Shown here one piece after another: positions 57,633 to 62,848 of a DNA stretch of 64,000 nucleotides. Source of the DNA: Chitinophaga pinensis. GTDB lineage: Bacteria; Bacteroidota; Bacteroidia; Chitinophagales; UBA10324. The notes under the pieces are model-generated. The model saw only the letters and a program-made list of their open reading frames with translations, ran no database searches and was not told where the DNA came from. Position 1 is the stretch's first letter, and the number at the start of each line of letters is the position of its first letter. Position numbers and translations under genes: made by a program. The DNA is taken from contig CAMDOA010000003.1 of the NCBI GenBank assembly GCA_945903305.1, forward strand, positions 2,325 through 66,324, written 5' to 3'.

Positions 57633-57874
57633 AGTATGTGAAAGGGTGTTACGGATTATATGATTGGTGGTGAGATTGTATATTAATCAGTGAGAGGCAG
57701 TATGTTAATTGTGGTGACACATTATGTGAATAAGGGTGACACAGGATATGAATCAGGGTGACCTAGTATACCAATCAGGGACACCCAGTATATTAATCAG
57801 GGAGACTCAGTATATGAATCAGGGAGACTCATTATATGAATCGGGGTGACCCACTATATGAATCAGGGATTGAA
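57633..57874. repeat. Array of 11 exactly phased 22-bp head-to-tail direct repeats (iteron/centromere-like), with decayed units on both flanks (about 57589-57896)
   Basis: Unit boundaries were counted base by base: 57633, 57655, 57677, 57699, 57721, 57743, 57765, 57787, 57809, 57831 and 57853. The consensus is A(G/T)TATATGAATCAGGGTGACCC. No ORF of 60 aa or more exists on either strand, and the period is not divisible by 3. Confidence 0.95.
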
Positions 57875-58018
57875 TTATGCAGAATTTCGACGATTTTATG
57901 TTTATCAGGTTACGATATGACATTATTGAGAGATTGGGGTGAAGAGATACCTCGATGGGCTCTGTATGACAAGTGGTAGATTTATAGATCTACGGAAAAT
58001 ACTTTGCTGATAAAAAAA

Positions 58019-58069
58019 CCTCACCCCTAACCCCTCTCCATGAATACATGGAGAGGGGAACTGACGCGC
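58019..58069 (+). repeat. Hairpin mini-element (CCTCACCCCTAACCCCTCTCC family), intact copy
   Basis: The leader is cctcacccctaa. A 12-bp perfect stem pairs cccctctccatg (58031-58042) with catggagagggg (58047-58058) around the loop aata. The tail is aactgacgcgc. Confidence 0.9.
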
Positions 58070-58213
58070 TACCTTATTGGTAGTTCAATTATCTGTATGG
58101 TTTGATGAGGGGTAATGTGTGAGGGAGGGTTAGGCAAAATATGGCGGTTAACTAATCGGGTAAGTGGTGGGATAAAAGATGTTATAAAATTTGTGGCATA
58201 AAACCATTAAACC

Positions 58214-59164
58214 ATGCCTGCAACCATCAAACCCATTTACGCTTGTACAATGAGAGAATTGTACTCGACCAGCAGAACTATTATTCAAAGTTTAGAAGAT
58301 CAGCTTGCTTCGTTTACTGCTTACAAAGCAAAGTATGATGCTGCATTTGTAACCGCCAAGCGAGCGAGAATTGATGCGGCTGAAGCATTGCCGGATGAGG
58401 ACACAAGAAGCGGTGCCGCCGAATTATTGCGTGTGCAACTGATTCCACTTAACAGAAAGTGCTTAGATAATTTTCAGGATTTGAAGGGATATATTGATGA
58501 AGTTTTTTTGAAGGATGAACGGAAGAGTCAGTATGAGGTGGCGGGTGCAAATTATTATGATGAAGGGCAGCGGGAAAACTGGGAAAGCACCAAGCAACTG
58601 ACTGTAAATATGAATGCATTTATTGCTGCGAACTCGGTAAAATTATTAAACGGGGGTACGAATATGCCGGCGGGTTTTGAAGCACAATGTATAGCTGATG
58701 CAATTGCATTTAATGCTAAGTATGAGTTGTTTAAGACGGCGACTCAAACGGGTAATGCGACAGAGGAAAAAATTATTGCCAACAATACAATTTATACAGA
58801 GATACTTGACATCTGTAAGGATGGACAGAAGGTTTTCAGGAATGATGCGGGTAGGGCCAACTTTTTTGTTTGGAAAACGGTGCTGGATGTTATTACCCCA
58901 CCGGGAAGTGCGAGTTTAACAGTTACCGTATTAATAGATGAGACAGGATTACCGGCAGAGGGTGCTACGGTTACTATTCAAAAAGAAGGTGACCCTGTGG
59001 CTAAGACTCTTGTAACCGGCACTGACGGGATTGTGTTGTTTACTCCGCTTGACCCGGGCAGGTACAGATATAGTATTGTATTGGCAGGACGACAAACTGA
59101 ACAGGGGGTGAAGGATGTGAATGCGGGAACAAGCGCGAGATTGGAGGTTAGGATGAAGTTATAA
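58214..59164 (+). CDS. Orphan hypothetical protein: about 230-aa helical N-terminal region plus a C-terminal carboxypeptidase-regulatory-like (CarboxypepD_reg/Ig-like) domain
   Basis: A 316-aa ORF with an ATG start and its own intrinsic terminator. The C-terminus ASLTVTVLIDETGLPAEGATVTIQKEGDPVAKTLVTGTDGIVLFTPLDPGRYRYSI matches the CarboxypepD_reg beta-sandwich pattern. No signal peptide is present. G/C-rich codon usage is visibly unlike the flanking genes. Confidence 0.6.
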   Translation: MPATIKPIYACTMRELYSTSRTIIQSLEDQLASFTAYKAKYDAAFVTAKRARIDAAEALPDEDTRSGAAELLRVQLIPLNRKCLDNFQDLKGYIDEVFLKDERKSQYEVAGANYYDEGQRENWESTKQLTVNMNAFIAANSVKLLNGGTNMPAGFEAQCIADAIAFNAKYELFKTATQTGNATEEKIIANNTIYTEILDICKDGQKVFRNDAGRANFFVWKTVLDVITPPGSASLTVTVLIDETGLPAEGATVTIQKEGDPVAKTLVTGTDGIVLFTPLDPGRYRYSIVLAGRQTEQGVKDVNAGTSARLEVRMKL

Positions 59165-59166
59165 GG

Positions 59167-59243
59167 GAATGGTGAATTAGGAATGGTGAATGGTGAATTG
59201 GAAATGCTGAATTGTGAATTGTGAATTATGAATTGTGAATGAA
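59167..59243. repeat. GTGAAT-word low-complexity tract
   Basis: gaatggtgaattaggaatggtgaatggtgaattggaaatgctgaattgtgaattgtgaattatgaattgtgaatgaa. The minus-strand ORF 58978..59262 (..HSQFIIHNSQFSISNSPF..) is just its translation. Confidence 0.9.
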
Positions 59244-59279
59244 GCCCTGAGTGATTTTTCATTCGGGGCTTCTTTTTTT
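59241..59279 (+). terminator. Rho-independent terminator of ORF 58214..59164
   Basis: gaagccctga (59241-59250) pairs with tcggggcttc (59263-59272): 10 bp including one U-G. The loop is 12 nt, and a T7 run follows (59273-59279). Confidence 0.7.
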
Positions 59280-59341
59280 ATGTGTTGGGTATCCGGTTAT
59301 GAATTTTATAAGCTATCAGTGAAAATTATTCGCCGCCAATA

Positions 59342-59454
59342 CCTCACCCCTAACCCCTCTCCATGAATACCACCTCATCCGCCTTCGGCACCTTCTCCCA
59401 AAATGGAGAAGGGAAATTGCAGAAGGAATTTTTTAGTTGAGGGGAACTGCCGCG
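59342..59454 (+). repeat. Second copy of the hairpin mini-element, split by a 68-bp nested insertion (59371-59438) that carries its own hairpin
   Basis: 59342-59370 is identical to 58019-58047 (29/29). The right half gaggggaactgccgcg (59439-59454) matches 58053-58068 (15/16). The insert contains ccttctcc-caaaat-ggagaagg. Confidence 0.9.
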
Positions 59455-59503
59455 AAATTTTTTGTTGCGATAATTATCAAAAGAGGTCTATTAACTAAAA
59501 AGT

Positions 59504-60013
59504 ATGAATAATAAAAGGAACAGGAATGAGAGTGTGGAGCATTGGGTGCGGAGAATAGAATTTCAGTGGGATGTGGCGAAGCGGGTGGAGTGGATAATGG
59601 AATTGAAAAATATAGACCAAAAAGAACTGGTGCGGCGATGCAGAAAAAAGAAGTCGTGTATCAGTCGGTTTTTATCGGGTGATGTGAATGCTTCGGGATT
59701 TTATTTGCAAGAGGTGGCTATGGGTTTGGAGGTGTTTCTTTTCGATATGATTGATTTGGAGAAAAAGGATGAACTATTTGAAGTATGCAAGCGGAGGTTA
59801 CTGAAACCTAATTTTATGAAGCGATTAAATAAGCGGGTGAAATTTTTAATGAGGGAGCAGGAAATTATTGCTTCGAAACTTGCGATTAATTGTGGTAAAA
59901 CGGAGAGTGATATAAGCCGGTTTTTGAGAGGGAAAAAGAATTCGTCGGGGTTTTATTTGCTGGAGATTGCGGAGGGGTTGGGGGTAAGTTTATGGGTTTT
60001 GATGGAGATATGA
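59504..60013 (+). CDS. Small DNA-binding protein made of two tandem XRE/Cro-like helix-turn-helix modules
   Basis: The 169-aa protein has an internal duplication: ..QKELVRRCRKKKSCISRFLSGDVNASGFYLQEVAMGLEV aligns with ..ASKLAINCGKTESDISRFLRGKKNSSGFYLLEIAEGLGV. Confidence 0.65.
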   Translation: MNNKRNRNESVEHWVRRIEFQWDVAKRVEWIMELKNIDQKELVRRCRKKKSCISRFLSGDVNASGFYLQEVAMGLEVFLFDMIDLEKKDELFEVCKRRLLKPNFMKRLNKRVKFLMREQEIIASKLAINCGKTESDISRFLRGKKNSSGFYLLEIAEGLGVSLWVLMEI

Positions 60014-60030
60014 ATTGTGTGATTTGATGA

Positions 60031-60234
60031 AAAGGGACGAGGGCGAGGGACAAGGGAAAACATGACAGCTATACTATAATAATAACCGATGTGATAGGCA
60101 GAACAATAATCCGCAACCAAACAGACCAAAATTCTAAAATCTTAAATCTAAAATCAATCGAAGCCGGAGTTTATTTTGTGCGCTTAAAATTTAGCACCGG
60201 CGAGCAAGAGGTTAAGAAATTTGTGAAGCAGTAA
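60031..60234 (+). pseudogene. Relic of a T9SS C-terminal sorting domain (CTD only, no start codon, no cargo)
   Basis: The frame-1 translation ..DSYTIIITDVIGRTIIRNQTDQNSKILNLKSIEAGVYFVRLKFSTGEQEVKKFVKQ* is a typical Por secretion tail. The frame is closed by TGA at 60028-60030 and holds no Met upstream of the domain. Confidence 0.55.
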
Positions 60235-60334
60235 AAAATGAAAGAGGCAAAATTCGTTAACTCAAAAAAGCGTGTTGGTGAAAACACCAGACACGGGCGT
60301 GAGCGTATTATATTTGTTAAAAATAAAAAATATT

Positions 60335-60512
60335 GAACACCAACAACCTACTAAACAATAGTGAACTAATAAATTTGTGTTGAATGAATTCCGGAAATTT
60401 AAATTGTTGGAGCGAAATGAAAGCGTTAGGGTCTTGCGGATACAATCCGCAAAGCATAAGAGCAGCACGGTGGCATACCGTGCCGAGCTGGGAACACCAA
60501 CAACCTACTAAA
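60335..60512. repeat. Pair of identical 21-bp direct repeats GAACACCAACAACCTACTAAA (60335-60355 and 60492-60512)
   Basis: Read directly, with a 157-bp offset. The second copy ends 22 nt before the phosphatase ATG. Confidence 0.9.
60404..60503 (+). promoter_or_regulatory. Candidate structured RNA leader (closing helix plus two hairpins) upstream of the SpoIIE/PP2C gene
   Basis: ttgttgg (60404-60410) can pair with ccaacaa (60497-60503). Two inner hairpins are ttgcgga-tacaa-tccgcaa (60434-60452) and gcacggt-ggcat-accgtgc (60465-60483). An alternative partner ccaacaa exists at 60340-60346. No known RNA family was recognised. Confidence 0.25.
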
Positions 60513-60534
60513 AAATCAATCGAATTATTTTTTA

Positions 60535-61602
60535 ATGAAATATTTTTCAATAATTAAAGGAATTTATACCAAAAGCTGGAAAACATATGATTGGTTTGAA
60601 AAAACAAACTCACTTCTGGCTATTTGTTTGATAGGAACAATTTTGATTTCTTTTTTTAATATTCATTTCCAAAATTTTATAAAAGGTTATAAAAATGATT
60701 TTTATGCGATTTCCATTATTTATATTTCTATTTTGATTCAGAGAGCTAATTCATCTAAAAAGAAGATAATTGCACAGAAAAAAATAATTGAACTAAGTGA
60801 AACAGAAACAAAAAAACAAAAGTTTATTGTAGAGTTAAAAAATAAAGAAATACTTGAGAGTATAGAATACGCTAAACGAATTCAAGCAACCATTCTCCCT
60901 CCACCTAAAGTTGTAAAAAAATATCTCGAAGATTCATTTATACTTTACTTACCAAAAGACATTGTTGCAGGAGATTTTTACTGGATGGAAAGTCCTGCGG
61001 AGAATGAGAGCGTGGTTTTGTTTGCTGCCTGTGATTGCACCGGTCATGGAGTACCTGGCGCATTGGTTAGTGTTGTTTGCAGCAATGCATTGAACAGAAC
61101 AGTGAAGGAATTTAACATTACTCAACCCGCACTTATTTTAGATAAGGTTGCTGAGTTGGTGGTGATAGATTTCAGCAAGGATGAAAATGAAAATGTGCAG
61201 GATGGAATGGATGCATCACTCTGCGCATTGAATACTGAAACAGGTGCATTGGAATGGGCCGGTGCGAATAACCCGTTATGGATTGTAAGAAACGGAGAAC
61301 TGTTAGAAACAAAAGCCAACAAGCAACCAATAGGCAAGTATGAAAACATGCTGCCCTTCACCAACCACAATTTTGTAACTCAAAAAGGAGATACCATTTA
61401 TTTAATAACCGATGGATATGCTGATCAGTTTGGTGGTGATAACAACAAGAAATTAGGTAAAGCAAAATTCAAGGAGTTGCTTTTATCTATTCAACATTTA
61501 CCGCTCGTGGAACAACGGAACTATTTATATGAATTTCATAATACTTATCGTGGTGCAAATGAACAGGTGGATGATATATTGATTATTGGGGTGAAGGTTT
61601 AA
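60535..61602 (+). CDS. Membrane-anchored SpoIIE/PP2C-family serine phosphatase (RsbU-like)
   Basis: Two N-terminal TM helices and a coiled coil precede the PPM domain. Its motifs are YAKRIQATILP, VAGDFYW, CDCTGHGVPGALVS, DGMDASLC, ITDGYADQFGG and DDILIIGVKV. Confidence 0.8.
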   Translation: MKYFSIIKGIYTKSWKTYDWFEKTNSLLAICLIGTILISFFNIHFQNFIKGYKNDFYAISIIYISILIQRANSSKKKIIAQKKIIELSETETKKQKFIVELKNKEILESIEYAKRIQATILPPPKVVKKYLEDSFILYLPKDIVAGDFYWMESPAENESVVLFAACDCTGHGVPGALVSVVCSNALNRTVKEFNITQPALILDKVAELVVIDFSKDENENVQDGMDASLCALNTETGALEWAGANNPLWIVRNGELLETKANKQPIGKYENMLPFTNHNFVTQKGDTIYLITDGYADQFGGDNNKKLGKAKFKELLLSIQHLPLVEQRNYLYEFHNTYRGANEQVDDILIIGVKV

Positions 61603-61633
61603 AACATCTTAAAGAAATTAATACATTTTAATT

Positions 61634-62086
61634 TTAAGATTTTTTATTCCTAACTACATAAGTTTTCGAAACCTTATCATACAGGTTTTGATTATCCTTA
61701 TCCCATATCAACCAGATTACAGGAATTAATAAATAACCAAAAATATTTTTAAGTCCTTCTCTAATAATACCATCAAATGCACTCTTTTTATCGCTGCCAT
61801 CTGTTGAAGAAATAACTTTCAATCCTAAAATTTTATGTCCAATATTGCCACTCCACATTGGATAAAATAGGGCCCCCAGTATTGCTGAACCAACAATCCC
61901 GATAAAAATATTTTCAGGATTATAAGCTGATTCAGATCCCAAAGTATAACCTGGTAAAATTAATATTAAAGGAATTATCAGCACCAATGATTCAACTATC
62001 ACAGCAAAAAACCGCTGATTTAAACTGGCTAATTCATAGCCAAAATAATTTTCGCTTTCATCTAATATTTCTGTTTGAGTATCCAT
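61634..62086 (-). CDS. RDD-family membrane protein
   Basis: 150 aa. It starts ASLNQRFFAVIVESLVLIIPLIL and has three TM segments with an RDD-like layout (R..D..D spread: RFFAVIVE .. DKV). Confidence 0.6.
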   Translation of the reverse strand: MDTQTEILDESENYFGYELASLNQRFFAVIVESLVLIIPLILILPGYTLGSESAYNPENIFIGIVGSAILGALFYPMWSGNIGHKILGLKVISSTDGSDKKSAFDGIIREGLKNIFGYLLIPVIWLIWDKDNQNLYDKVSKTYVVRNKKS

Positions 62087-62095
62087 AAATAAAAT

Positions 62096-62362
62096 TTATT
62101 TAGTTTTTTCCTTCTTGGCTACTTCATCAAAATCAGGTGATGCCATTACTCTTGCTGAAAATTCAATAGTGCCGTGTTTTTTTCGTGCATATTCTGCAAG
62201 AACAACCCCGAGTATTAATCCTATGAGAACAAATCCACCGGCTAAAAACAAATTAATAGGAGTATCAAAGTTGAAATATGCGATGAGAGCAAAAATCCCA
62301 AATAAAATAATTGGAGATAATGCTATTCTAACCCAGTAAAAAAATCTGAAAATGGTTTCCAT
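62096..62362 (-). CDS. Small two-TM membrane protein, hypothetical
   Basis: 88 aa with two hydrophobic helices and a charged C-terminal tail. It lies 9 nt upstream of the RDD gene, in the same orientation. Confidence 0.45.
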   Translation of the reverse strand: METIFRFFYWVRIALSPIILFGIFALIAYFNFDTPINLFLAGGFVLIGLILGVVLAEYARKKHGTIEFSARVMASPDFDEVAKKEKTK

Positions 62363-62650
62363 AATTTTGATTTAAAAATTAATAAGGATAATACTAATTC
62401 ATTTTAAGACAACAAGTTGATTTATTATTAGGCTACATACATAAGAGGTTATATTTTGACAAGTACTATATAGTATGTGCGGGACATCAAGGACTTGAGG
62501 GACGAAAAATATTTTCTTCTTGAAAAATGTGGCTAAAGCCAAGTACCTTTTGAAATTTATTTTCCGTCAGCTAAAGCAGACGGCAATGGATTAGCTGCAT
62601 TTGACTTTCAAAAAAAATACATGGGGACGATAGGGACATTGGGGACACAC

Positions 62651-62677
62651 CTCCCTAACCCTCCTTGATAGGAGGGA
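62651..62677 (+). repeat. Variant hairpin mini-element (CTCCCTAACCCTCC-ttgata-GGAGGG)
   Basis: ccctcc (62659-62664) pairs with ggaggg (62671-62676) after a ctccctaa leader. The layout matches the 58019/59342 family. Confidence 0.7.
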
Positions 62678-62848
62678 ATTAATACAGCGTGAAATGGTGG
62701 TAGTAAGTGAGTGCGGAAGCCGGGTTAGGGATTGAAATGGAAATCTTTTTTATTGTATTCAATAAAAAAATTGGAATGTAAAGCCCAACTTTTTTTGAAT
62801 ACAAAAAAAGAACCCCCAACACTTCGACATGCTCTGTGTGACATTCAA

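Noticed and set aside
57633-57874. Whether the 22-bp array could be a CRISPR array or a TIGR-type guide array.
   Set aside because: The units abut each other with no unique spacers. The variation is scattered point divergence, not blocks of variable sequence. The period (22) is far shorter than CRISPR repeat-plus-spacer units or the ~36-nt TIGR units, and no cas or Nop-domain (Tas) gene is nearby.
58978-59262. The minus-strand 94-aa ORF (MKNHSGLHSQFIIHNSQFSISNSPFTIPNSPF..).
   Set aside because: It is the translation of the GTGAAT-word tract and terminator region, and it overlaps the 3' end of the better-supported plus-strand ORF.
60262-60550. Two small minus-strand ORFs (68 and 77 aa), both containing LVGCWCS.
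   Set aside because: The shared peptide is just the reverse translation of the 21-bp direct repeat. The ORFs overlap each other and the hairpin-rich leader, and have no coding-like composition.
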